From contig NC_135667.1 in the NCBI RefSeq assembly GCF_964188315.1, forward strand, positions 12,772,001-12,836,000: a stretch of 64,000 nt of DNA, written 5' to 3'. A model generated the notes under the pieces. It was not told the origin of the DNA. It ran no database searches and was given only the letters and a program-made list of their open reading frames with translations. Below, piece after piece: positions 51,563 to 64,000 of this stretch (within the stretch, counting starts at the first letter, position 1; the number at the start of each line of letters is the position of its first letter). Origin of the DNA: Podarcis muralis. Taxonomy: Eukaryota. A program made the translations under genes and the position numbers.

Positions 51563-52332
51563 CTTTGGCACAATCTTTCCCTGCAAATTAAGATCCCCCT
51601 TGTTATTTTACAGCATTGGAGATTGAAGTAGACTGACCTGATTGGCCTATTAGTCTGCTCATATGTCTGAAATCCATACTGTGAAAACTGGTGAAAAAAA
51701 TAGTGATGACACTGATGGATCCTTGCTGGTTTCTGATTCCTAAGTCTAACAGTGATTGCTGGAGGTAATATATTTTTGTAAGGCTTCCTTACACAATTCA
51801 AAACATTCAAAGCTGGCTGCAGGTGATGGGGTTGTGATCCAGAGCAGTCCAATGGCACCAGACTTTGGAAGGCTCTGTTATAATACCTTTCAGAGACTTT
51901 CTCATTAGCTTGGATAGTGTACTTTGCAATTTTATGATGTGCTTTGACACAAGGGAACATTAATTATAGTTCTTTGGATAATTAAAGGGAAGACAGACGC
52001 TTGTGTGTTTTTCTGAACAGAAGTTTTCATTTCCTCTTAGCTGCATATGGTTTTGCCTTACAGTAATAAACAAGATGCAAAAAAAATACTGAAAATACAA
52101 ACCTTTGGTCTCAAGAGAGGGAGGAAATGAATATGTTTGATGATAGCACTGGCCTCTTGAAAGTTCTGACCTGGAAAGTTCTAATATTAATAAATGTTAT
52201 AAACGCTACAATATTATACGACCTAAGCCTACGATGGAGGTGATCACAGCATGAATATCCCAAAGGGTCTCGTTTTTCTCATAGCTGTAGCCTTTGGATT
52301 CAAACAGACTTTCAACTTTTCTGTTTTATAAT

Positions 52333-52381
52333 AAAAGAAAAGAAAAGAAAAGAAAAGAAAAGAAAAGAAAAGAAAAGAAAA
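52333..52381. repeat. (AAAAG)n microsatellite
   Basis: Read directly. Confidence 0.95.
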
Positions 52382-54529
52382 GTCACATCATTGCAAACTC
52401 TCAACTCTAAACCCAGGCTTTGTCCTTCCACCCAAATGATGGAGGGGCTCAAACCATTTCTTCTCCCACATAGAGCCCCCTTTCCTTTGTTCTCCCAATG
52501 GCCCATCACCCAAGCAATCACCTCAACACAGGAAGCTAGCCTGGCTTATATTTTAACACTTTCTGGATCCAGGGATTAGAAGGATCTGACATGCAGCCTA
52601 CTTCCCCCCGTTCCAGCCCAAATTCATAACCGTATATAAAATACACAACAGCAAGAACAAAAATGGCGGAATATGAGCTGTTCAATTACAATAAATGATT
52701 TTATATCAGTAGAAAGAGTAATATTTGAAGGTAGCAGATCCCTGTATTGTAATTTTATTTCATTGGATGTATCATAATGTGACCCCAAAGCTCTCCAACA
52801 GGGATCCTACTGCCATGCATGAAGGTTTCAATGTGGAGTTCCTTGGAGTCTTCTGACCTTCTGCATCAACAGGGATAGATGCGCTGGACTACTCTTTCAC
52901 TATCTCCAACTCACTTTGAGTATCTCTTTCTAATTGGCTCTCCAGGTCTTTCTTTCTTTCTCATTGATAACCTCATGTTCAGTTCCTTGTCTTGCTGCTC
53001 CAGCTTCATCAGCAAATTTGATCAATGAGTTTGGTATCATAAAATGACCCCTCCCCAGATTCCTCATTTAGACACTGTGACAATGTCATGGATGGACGCA
53101 AATTTCTAGTCAATACAATATAGGAAAGTGAAACTCATGCATTCTACAAGACTTCCTTTTAAATAATCAATCCCTATCATTTAGTTCAGGTCTCAAACAA
53201 ATATTGTAGAGCAGATGTACCAATATGGAATACTCAGTTAATAAAGAGAAGAATTCTGGCTATGCTTTTATCCTGATGCCCAGGAAGTGTTGGGAGATGC
53301 ATGTACATGTAATCTACCTATGAACCTCTAAACATACACATATAAGAGGTGGCTCTGTTTTGTAAGTCAAACACATGGTGCCCTTCAAATGTGCCTAAAC
53401 ACTTCTAAACTCAGAAATTCACAACACAGAGAATTTGAAAAGCAAACTTTTATTACAGTAGGGTGGTGGGTAATGAGGCTTCAGCAACTATGTTACAATA
53501 TTGCAATGTAATGCTTTCATGGGTATATTTTAATTCTAATATTCTAATTCATTCATACTCCATAATTTCAAAGGAGAAGAGTTCATTCAAAGGGGAAAAG
53601 AAAGTGGTGAAACATAACCCCTAGTTACAGAAGTTTCTATGGTTTCAACCACTCGAGGGAAACCCCATGGAATCACTAGAAGTGGGCCCTTCTTCCTGCC
53701 CAGTGCCCCTTTCCCCAACTTAAACTGGTGTCTTGAGTCTTTCTTAGTTTGAGACGGATGGCAAAACATTTTTACCCAGATTATCTGTCAGATTTAGAGT
53801 TTTGAAGAAAGCATGTGGGGGGAAAAGATAGAGTAGGTCCTTCATAAACCTTATAGTACTCAGTGTGTTATTTTTTGTGACTGTTGTTATGTGCATTTTT
53901 AAAAAGATTTCCACAAACTTATCCTAAAAAATCTCCACTAGAATGGGGCAGGATATACATTAACAGCCACATGCAGAAAAGTAATATGGGATTAGACATG
54001 GTAAAATTGTTACATCTCTAGTATGGAATATTTGTGGGGAAGACTATCAGGGCAGAAAAGTACAGTGCCGAGACCTAAGAACCACAAACACAGAGTTCAC
54101 AGTGAGCAGGTACAGTAGATCTGGAATTGCTGAAGATGGGACTCAGCATGTTGAAAGAGGGCAAGTAGTGGAGATTTGCAGGTAATAGGCATCTGCACAG
54201 CTAACCTGATCTGGGTGTGAAATCTGTGGCCCTTGATTGGGCTGGTGAAGGGAACACTGGCCCTGCACTGTATCCATCCACAGAGCAAGTTGGGGGCAGG
54301 GCTAATATTTTATTGGTGTTTTAAAAATTCTGATTAAAGTTGGAAGCAGGCAGATGAAGGAGACACACCATCTCCTTGCCACTTTGACTGACAACAGAGG
54401 AGAGTTTAATCCTGTGCAGTGTTAGCCTGAAGAGGATTCTGGGTGCTTCTTTTGAGATGCATACAAATCTCTGAACTAAATATTATAGCCAATGTCACAT
54501 ACTTTTGATTTCTTCAGCATTTTCTTCTT

Positions 54530-55822
54530 GGTTATTCCCCCCCCCCCCCCGCCGCCCTTTAAACATCTTTATTTAAAGTTCAAAAAGTACATAATTATAT
54601 GTGGACTAAACACGGTGAGACGTAAATAAAAGAGAAAAAAAGAGAAAGAGAAATTTTCTTCATGTTTTAGGTTATATAATTCTTCAATCCAATCATAGAA
54701 CGCAGCAACATGTTTATTTTTCCCAATTTATCAGTATCAGTCTTTTTTCTGTGGTAAGGGCATGGAGAGTCCACTCATATTATTCCATGCACTTTGTGTA
54801 TAATTCAAGAGGATATCTTGCTCTGTAAATGTAAAGTTGTTCCACACAGTTCTGTGGATAGTTTCAGTTTCCTTCTGCCAAAAACCTTTCAATATAGGAT
54901 TATCCCTATTGCATCTCCAACAGTTAGATACCTTAAATAGCCCTTTTAAAAGCAAACAACATGGGATCCAGTATATTCTAAATATTATTTCTTGTTGTAT
55001 GAGCCTCAGTTTAAGGTCCACAGACACCCTTATTATAGCATTAAAAACAGTGTCCAACTGTGTGGTCAAAAATGAGGTCTCTAATTTCTTATTCCAACCC
55101 TCCCTCAATGCCTGTATATCAAATTAGTTTGCTACTAACTAAGATTTATATATGTCAAGGGCCACCTTTTTTGTTGCATAAGAATCAATCAAATGCTTCA
55201 ATATATCTGGAGATATTTGCATTGAGCATTTGTAGGCAATCTGTATTTGTCTCTTAAAATGGAATATGCATAAAATTCCCCCTCTTCATTTATTAGCTGG
55301 TCTAACATTAATATACCCAAATTGATCCACCTCCTCCATACAACCATTTCTTTCCCGATTATTAAAGATGGGTTTCCCCACAAAGTCATTTTGTTGAGGA
55401 AGAAAGGGTAAAATTTATATTTTTGGGACATGTGGTGCCATTTTGTTAGAATTAAAGTTATTGTTTCAATAGCATATTGAGTATTAATGTATTTAGACTC
55501 AAGTCCTTCCCATCTTTCTAGAGGTGCTAGAAAGGAATATTCCAAAGCAGCCCCGTTTGGACAGTTGTTTTCAGTTATGGGTCTCCAGAATTGTGTACCT
55601 GACAGTAAGCATGCTTGGTGATACAATTCTAAGATTCGGATTCCAAATCCTCTTCATTTTATCCATATTTGCATTTTTTGCACAGATATTCTTGGAAACT
55701 GAAGAGCTCTAAAGGCATTTTCTAAACAAAGATTTGATTTTGAAAAAGAATTGGTTCGATATGTGAATTGGAATTTCTCTTCAGATATAAACTAGTCTAT
55801 GTATTATGTTCAGTTTAAGAAA
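54530..55822 (-). mobile_element. L1/Tx1-like LINE 3' fragment (1293 bp) inserted in the terminal codons of gene E
   Basis: 11-bp TSD ATTTTCTTCTT at 54519-54529 and 55823-55833. Degenerate ORF2 C-terminal frames (55198-55626, 54737-55108). AATAAA on the minus strand at 54568-54573. Confidence 0.85.
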
Positions 55823-58800
55823 ATTTTCTTCTTATTAGGTGTTCCCTATTGTTCAGCTCAGGCTTCAGCAAAATAATGTAACATTTTGGGGAAAAGATGC
55901 AACCCAACAAGCCAGCACTGGAGGCTAAGATAGAGAAGATCTCCACAGCCACCATGTATTTCCCCTTTGTGCTCATGTAGGAAGGAACAAAGGATAACCA
56001 AACACTGCAAAAGACCAACATACTGAAAGTGATGAACTTGGCTTCGTTGAAACTGTCAGGTAATTTCCGGGCGAGGAAAGCCACAGTGAAACTGACCAAA
56101 GCTAGGAAGCCCATGTAGCCCAAGACACAGTAAAAGAAGGTCACCGTCCCCTCATTGCACTCTAGTACAATTTCTTCAGCCACTGACTTCATGTCAGCAT
56201 TAGGGAATGGAGGAGAGATCACCAGCCATACAGTGCAGATGACTGCTTGGATAAGGGAGCAGGAGAGGACAATAGAGTTTGCCAGTCCCTTCCCCACCCA
56301 CTTCCTCATTCTGGATCCTGGTTTTGTGGCCATGAAAGCCAGAACCACAGTGATGGTTTTTGCCAGCACACAAGAAACAGCCACTGAGAAGATGATGCCA
56401 AAAGCAGTTTGTCGGAGGAGACACGTCACCTTGTCAGGATATCCGATGAACAGTAATGCAGAAAGGAAGCAAAGCAAGAGGGAGATGAGCAGAGCGTAGG
56501 TGAGGTCCCGGTTGTTGGCTTTCACAACGGGAGTGTCCCTGTGCTTCACAAATATTTCTAGTACCAGTGCTGTAATGAAAGCAAAGGAAAGAGCAGAAGA
56601 GGCTAAGCTGAGGCCCAGAGGTTCTTCAAAGGACAAGAAGGTTGCACATTTGGGAATACATATAGTCTTATTTTTGTTTGGATACTTTTCATCTTCACAT
56701 TCATAGCAGTCATTCATGTCTGAGAAAGAAAAACATGGTTCTTCAATCCAAAAAAATGACCAACATGCCACTCCGCTTCCTCTATTGTTTGTTTTTTTCA
56801 ATATTTTGAACCGGTTTTTAAAAATTAAAGTTTGATCTTGTGAATACAAAAGCGTATAAGGAGTTCAAAACAATTAATATTGAAAATGATGTACCCATGT
56901 TGAATACTGATGATGTTAAAATTCAAGGGGGGGGGGGGACACACATACACTTCCTGATCTATATACAGAAGCCAACTTAAATTTTGCTCTCACTCTTTTT
57001 GTTGCTCCCACTTACTTACTCCTTCATTAAGGAGTGATTGTGTAATTCAGTTTTTGCAAATTTCAACATTCTGTGACCTTTCAACATCTTTCAACTGTTT
57101 TCTGGATTTAAGTATTTCACACTTCTCCATACATTACGGCACAATTCTCTGAAGTTTCAGGGCATCAAAATAAATGTTTAAATATGTTACCAGAAAGTAA
57201 GTGGACATTGAAATAGTGTTTGTAAGGGAAAAATAAATGTCTAAGCACATTTCAAGAGAAAATGCAGGATTAAGTATATAATAAATCAACAGAAAAATGG
57301 GCAAAAATATGTGAAAGTAAAAGGGATTCTGCCATCTCTAGTCAAAGTGTCAAAACAGATTTCAGGGACTGCTGTAGAAGATGATTTCACAAATAAGGAC
57401 AAATACTATGCCAAGATGATGGTGAAATGGAATCCCGCCATAAATTAAGACAGCATAAAGTGTACTAGATGCAAAATGCATTCAGGATCAGGGCTGCCAT
57501 TGATTGAGCTACCTAAAGCTTGTCAGATAGAAAACAAACTTTTAAAATAGTGTTGGGGTTACACCACCCTTTTCATTAGCTTAATTTAGGTTGGGTTTCC
57601 AAATCATGTGACCAAGCTGAATAGCCTTCATGCATTGTATTCTAAGGACACCCCCCACCCTGGTCTCAACCCTATATGATATTTCCAGCTGTTACAGAAT
57701 GCTCATTCTGGCTCATCTGAAAATCCACTTTCTACTAATCCTGTTCACCCCGGTGGAGCTTGCTATATGATTCTTCCTTAATAATAGCATTCAACATCAC
57801 AATTTATCACACACACACATACCTTCATTAGGTCCCTCTTCTGCTAGATTTCTAAATATTTCATAAGGTGTAAAAAGGAATCTTGGTGATTGCATAATTT
57901 TATATGCATGTTCTTGGATCAGAGGCAACAAGTTATAAATATAGACAGTAAATTTCTTACCCTCCTTGTCTGAAATCTTCCCTTCTGGACATGGGATGCA
58001 ATCGTAGCAGCAAAATGCTTCCCCCTCCTTCACTTTCCTGCAAAAACCAGGGCGGCAACTCTCAGTACATACAGACTTAGGCTGTGTCTATTACACAAAT
58101 GAAAGAGAGAGATGTATAAAATAAGTGGACTCAAAGAAAAGCTAAAAGGGGAAGTTAAGCTCTTCCTTAAAAGGGATTTGCAAAAGATCAACAACATTCA
58201 TTTCCGCAATTCACTTAATAGGTTGTTTCAATTCCAAATTGGACTCATTTTCTGACATTTCCCATTGACACAATGTGCAAACTCCAATAAATCGTTGTTT
58301 TTTGCAGTTACTGTTGTGGATAGTAATGTTTTTAACATCCTCTTTAGTCAGGACTCTGACTAGGTATGCACACCTCTTTCTGCCACAGTGACATTGTGGT
58401 GGTGTCACTTAATGCAAAGTTGACATCAGATAGAGTTATACACCTGCTATTCTAAAATCTTGAATTGTGGGATGCATAGTCTGCTTTGTGAGGTCTACAA
58501 ATGTGTCAAAAATTCATACGAATTTTTTAAAAGGAGCCACCGTTTAGAAAGTGTTGAAAATTGACATATGGACCCCCCTTTTTTTACTGAAATGTTTATT
58601 TTACTGTAATATTTATACCTGCAAGCCATAGGTTTGCTTTCTAATTTTGGTGAAAACCACTGATGCAATTTATTCGCTTCTCAAAAATGACATGCTGTCA
58701 TTGGCTTGCCAAAGGTCAGAGTGGTTCAAAGATGACTAATGTTTTAATTTTTTATTGTTTTTATTTGTGAATTCTGAAAAAGTAACAGTTCAGCTACATG

Positions 58801-61800
58801 ATTAATGTTTTCCTTGCCCATTAAAGAATATGGGAGCTAGAAGCAACCATCTATTTTTTAAAATATCTTTTTAATTAAACAAAATATTTTGTTTAAAATT
58901 CAACCCATGTGGTCTGATCAAAAGTGTTTTTGTGCAATGTGTATTACAGCACCCCACATTCTTGCCTTGGGTCTTTTAGCAAAGCCACAATACAGAGCCA
59001 TTGCTCTCTATCCAGTAGATGGTGGCATCTAATTCTCCACTCAGCTATTCATTTGTGGGCTTAATATCAGTATCGAAGGAGGAGCATTCAGATGCCCCAG
59101 GGAATGATTCATAGTGACAGCCAAGGGGTACTGAGGTACAGAAGCGGGTAAGGACTTCCTTGTTGATGATATTGAACAGACTATATTAAACACCAATGAC
59201 TTTACATTGTTCTTTTGTTCTGTCTAGGAATATAACAACCAGAAGTTATAGGGATTAGGTTTTTGTTACGGGGGTTATGTAAAAGCTGATGTCACATCAT
59301 GTTTCTTCCTTCTCTCAGCATTGTTATAAATATAGGCACAGATGTGTGGCAGCCCAAGTATTTGAGATACTATCTAGGTTGGCCCATTGGGTGCAATTTG
59401 CATTTATATTGTTATATGCTACATCAGGCTCTGAGCAGTGAGAGAATCAGGACTTAGATTTCCTTTTAAGTAAGCTCAGTGGAGACCACAGAGTCTTGAG
59501 CATATATGGCTTTATTTAAACATGCAAGCATATGGCTTTATTTATACTAGTTCTGCAAGCTTCCCTTTATGTGTTCTCCTCTCACTGATGCAGGATCCCA
59601 GGATCGGAATGGGAACCAGGCTTGAAATCAGACTGATCCTCCAAACTCATAACAATATATTCAGTAGAATATATAGAATAGAATTCAATAGAATTCACTT
59701 TTTTAAGTTGTCAATTAATACATTCATTTCCAGTGTTAAAGGAACCAGTATAGAGGCTGTGCATTCAGCTTATAACATTAATACATAGCTTGTTCTGTCT
59801 TTAATCTTTACTCCAATTTTATAAAGGCTGAAGAATGTATAATGAAATTATCTTTGTATGTTATGTTAAAGTGTTTAAAATCACAAATGGGTGATGTTCG
59901 CATCCTACCTGGTTAAACCAATGGTGCCATTTTATGGCTCCCTCATTGATGGTCAACGCTTGCTGTGGAGGAGCCAGGGAATCCACCCCTCCTACCTTCA
60001 CTCTCTGAAAGGACTGGTTGGAGGAAAGAATCCAATTGGTAATATCAAATCCAGCCAATATCTCCCCATTCTGGTCCAAGGAAATCTTATCCCCAGCGCT
60101 GTTGTTAAATGAGATACCCCTCAGAAAATGATGGAGCTGGATAGAAAGAGAAAGTATAGAAAAGGCTTCAATTTAGCAAGAGATAACTATGATGTTCACT
60201 TTTTATGGCAGGTTTCCAAATATCCACCTTGGCGGAAAGCAGATTTATTTTCATATATAGCCAGGTATTTCTCACATTTGGAAGTTCATTTCAAATTACA
60301 GATTTTTAAGATCTCCTGCAGCAAATGCACACACACTAATAATTTATTAGTGGAAAGTGGGTGCTCTGTTCATTTTGTTGTCTAAAATACATCACATTGC
60401 TCTCTATAGACACTATATGCTATGCTACGTGATATATTATTCCTTTTATACACCAACTTCAGAGGTAAATGGGAAAACAATCCCATGCTCATCTAAGTGT
60501 CGGTTTGCAAGCCCCCTCCTCAGAGGCTGGCCCCTCTCACTGTCCTCGGAGCTTGCTTACCAGTAACCTCCTCTGGCTGATATCCAGACAGACCAGGGAG
60601 ATTTTGATGGGCGACATTTTCCCAAGCGTGGGTAAAATGCACAACCCCTCCCTCCTGCTTCCGCAGGGGAAAGAAAATAAGTCAGAAATCTATTTACATG
60701 ATGTTTATTTCTGACATTACAGCACTAGAGAAAAACACGTCCTTTCAGTTCAGTTCTTCTAGCACGTCTGACAAACTTCCTGAACATGCGCAGTTGGAAG
60801 GTTTCAAATTACACTCTTCACAAAGATTTATCCAGCCTGTGAACGTCCTGGGAAATTCTTCTTTCCCACAGATAGGCATATCATGTGATGTCAACAATCT
60901 GGCTGTCTGCAGCTGTGATGTTTCCATATACTGACACTAAGAGGTTACTATTAATAGTTGAAGAAACAGGTTAAAGAAGTAATGGTGATAAAGGCAAAGT
61001 CTAGAAGTTGGCTATATCATGCTTGGATGGAATTCATTTTCTTTTGTTCTCTTTCAGTATTTCTACTTTAAGTTGAAACCATTTAAAAGAAGAAATTTAA
61101 AATATCTAAAATAATAAAAATTGCAATAAATCCAGTTTTTCAACCAATAATAATAATAAAAATTAGCAGTATAATGCAAGGAGATCAAAATACGTCAACA
61201 CCCATGTGACTTGCCCAATCAAAAATATTTTAAGCAGGTGCCTAAATGAATGCAGTAAAGGTCTCTGTCTGATGTTAATAGGCAGAGAAGTCCAGTGGGC
61301 TGAAAGTGAAGCTAAAAAAGCATGTGGAGAAGTTCCCATTTGGCTCTATGTGCGTCTCGTGGCCAAAAGGCAGTGAATAGAGGAAGTGGTTTTGAGGGCA
61401 TCTGGGGAAGATTTCAAGACCATTGCTGCACCCACATTGCTGACCCCTGCTGTGGTTGCATAGGGAAAATGACAGTTAACCAAATGGACAGATATAAAAG
61501 GCAAACAGAACATGTTTTGCACCTCTTTGAGGAAGGGTGTGCAATCCAGTACCTGCCACAGTGGCTGATTCTGAAACTTCAATCCTCCCCTGATCATTAC
61601 TGGTCTGTGTTTGCCTCGGGATGTAGACATGGCATGTAAAGCATGGGCCACAGCATAGACAGCATTGTAGATGTTGTAGCTGTGGCTGGTCATGCTCATT
61701 TCAAAGAAAGGACCAGGAAGATTCTCCAGCTTCTCTTGTCCTGTGCAAATATCCCCCTTCACAATGCCAACCACTCGATTTGGAAATACACAGCCAAATG

Positions 61801-63890
61801 CCTGTTGCCAGAAGTCCAAAATGAAGCCATCTCCTTTTGGGTTGGAAGGGGTTTTGCTCTTGACAAATTTATGAAATCCTGGTGGATCATTCGAGTGGGT
61901 TGTGAATGAGAGAACCCCATGGAGTCTCTCTGTATCCCATGTCCGTTGATAGACAAAAGAAGTGAGCTCCACCTGGGCTGTCATGATCCACACTTTACCT
62001 TTTGGGGTATTTGAACTTTGTTCCAGTTCTGATAGGTAAGGCAACCATCTAAAAAATGCCAGAGCATATGATTCTCCATAAAACAAGACTACATTGGCTT
62101 TGCTATCATTTATTCTGTCATTTATTTTTGCCCCCAATTTAAACATATCGTTAATTTCAGTGACATATGTAGATTTGTGACTTCTTTCTATGAAGGCGAA
62201 GCAAATGCCACTCTGGGAAAATAGTGGAGCCACAGTTTGCACAAATCTTTCTGCATTCTCATCATAGAATGTTAGGATCCCGATCCATATCCACCTGAAA
62301 TGCAGAAGCAAAGACAGGATCCCCTTATACTGGTGGTCTTCCTTGCGCACCATCTGGTAGAAGACAAGGCCTGGGGTTTTATCATTCATCACTGGAGCAG
62401 GGCCATATATGAGCTAAACGTAGTTGTGGAAGGAGGAGAAAGAGACAGAGGCAAAAATAACTTTTTTATATTAGATTTGTGTATTAAGAGCACTGTTGGG
62501 GCATTTTCCAATTGGGCCTTCTAATCCTTGCCCTTTGGGTTGCCCATGCTAAGCCCTTTTTGCTAAGCCAAGTGATACTCACCTGCCAATGAGCTGTTAT
62601 CATTTATCAGGAACTGGCTAGGCCAAAAGGGATGTCTGAAGCAATAATATATGTGCTATCTATACTTGATTTCTTAACTTGGATCTGCCATTAGCGTGGC
62701 CCACGTGATTATTTGAAATGTGTGCGTTCATTTATCAGAATGTATCTAGATGTGTTAAATTCCCGTAAGGTGACAAAGAGATGCACATCTCACCTGTGGA
62801 ACCTTATAGATATCCAAGATTGTTGCCACATGAAGGGAAGTTTGGGAGTCGAGTCCTCCAATGATGGCTATCAAGTTTTTCTTGTTGTCACAGATGTAGT
62901 TGGGGACAAATGTTTCCAGTGTGGATATGAGTAACATTGTGGCATGAGAGGTCCATTTGGCATTGAAATAGCTGTCATAGATGTGGAAGCCTAAAGTGAC
63001 ATTGGGTAAGAGCTGAGGGTTTTCGTTGATCTCTTTCACTGCAAATTGCAAGGCCAGGATGTGCTGGTAATTCTTAGTCACCACTCTAAAAAGAGAGTTT
63101 TATTTTCCATCAGAAGAGCATGTAACACCTTGTAAATTTATCACAACACGGTTCTACATCATCCTCATTAGTATTATATTTTACAGCATTTATTTAACTT
63201 TTTTTTAAAGGGGAAGAAATTGCCTTTAAAATGTCCCTGATACACATTTTTTAATGCTGGCTTCATCATCTGTGTAGAAGTCCTACCCTTATTTCATTGT
63301 CTTGGAGCCCTGACGCAAAAGTGATACAGTTATTTACAGAACAATATTACATGTCTTCATATGATACCTGAATGTTTAAATCAGTGGGGGAAGTGGCAAC
63401 ATTTTCTTCAAATTTGTGGAAATTCCTCCTGATCAGATTTCTCTTACAACATATCTCCTTTGACCCAAACATTAGTTCTGCCTCTAGGTCAAGGACGGAG
63501 AACTGTGGCTCTCTAGATGTTGTTATACTACTATGTCCATTATTATCGATGGAACTGATGGAGTCCAACAACCACTGCAGGGCCAAAGTTTAGCCACCCC
63601 TCCACTAAAAATGATCAATCCAGTGCCCAAAGAAGGAATCAGAATACAGAAGAGAAATTATTCAGTTCTTACTCTATCTCTTCAAGCAATGTTGGTGGGG
63701 GGTTTTCAGTGAATGCTATTGAACTGGAGACGATGATGCTGTGAGAGGCTATGCCACCAATGATGAGGTCTCCTTCCTGATGATACTGATGAAGTGGAGT
63801 GTATGGATCATGGACATGGCATTTAACAATGGGAGGCTTGCATATTGCATGAGGCAGTAGAATCAGCAGCAAGAAGAACAATGCCACCAT
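55815..63890 (-). CDS. Vmn2r: V2R receptor, copy E (6 exons, 876 aa; last codons and stop supplied by an L1 insertion)
   Basis: Exons 63890-63673, 63085-62794, 62413-61553, 60136-59909, 58087-57961 and 56719-55815. Ends RRKFS*; the displaced native end (K-C-stop) lies at 54514-54522. Confidence 0.93.
60498..60936 (-). mobile_element. Solo LTR, 439 bp, in gene E intron 3
   Basis: TGTCGGT...ACTGACA termini (TG...CA, imperfect inverted) with a 5-bp TSD CTAAG. Minus-strand AATAAA at 60704-60709. Empty site GCTCATCTAAGAGGTT in B and C. Orientation is tentative. Confidence 0.85.
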
Positions 63891-64000
63891 TCTTGGTACA
63901 ATTGCTCCGTATAATCAAAAATCCCCCTTGTAATATTACTTCTTTTGAGATGGAATTAATTTGACCCAATTGTCCTTTTAGCCTGCTCATATGTCTGAAA

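Overview
Vertebrate genomic DNA, most likely a squamate lizard and plausibly a lacertid (inferred from the V2R expansion plus Sauria-type SINE, BovB, CR1, L2 and Penelope repeats). The window is a head-to-tail array of five vomeronasal type-2 receptor genes (V2R, class C GPCR), all on the minus strand and labelled A-E from left to right. I traced six exons per gene by hand (218/292/861/228/127/902 bp; the last exon of E is 905 bp). All have canonical GT-AG junctions and open spliced frames of 875-876 aa. ATG-to-ATG spacing is 10.6-15.4 kb, and much of the variation comes from copy-specific transposable elements. Their junctions can be read because the sister paralogues supply empty sites. Main observations: (1) an L1-type fragment inserted into the last codons of gene E, rewriting its C-terminus and displacing the native stop; (2) a young Penelope-like element with a 246-bp inverted terminal repeat carrying a minimal hammerhead-ribozyme motif; (3) internal duplications that left an orphan exon-3 tail in gene D and an orphan intron-4 block in gene C; (4) two paralogous sites hit repeatedly by unrelated events; (5) mosaic similarity between paralogues, suggesting gene conversion. 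I found no rRNA, true tRNA or CRISPR features, and no wholly new gene system. Coordinates were counted by eye and may be off by a few bases at repeat edges.
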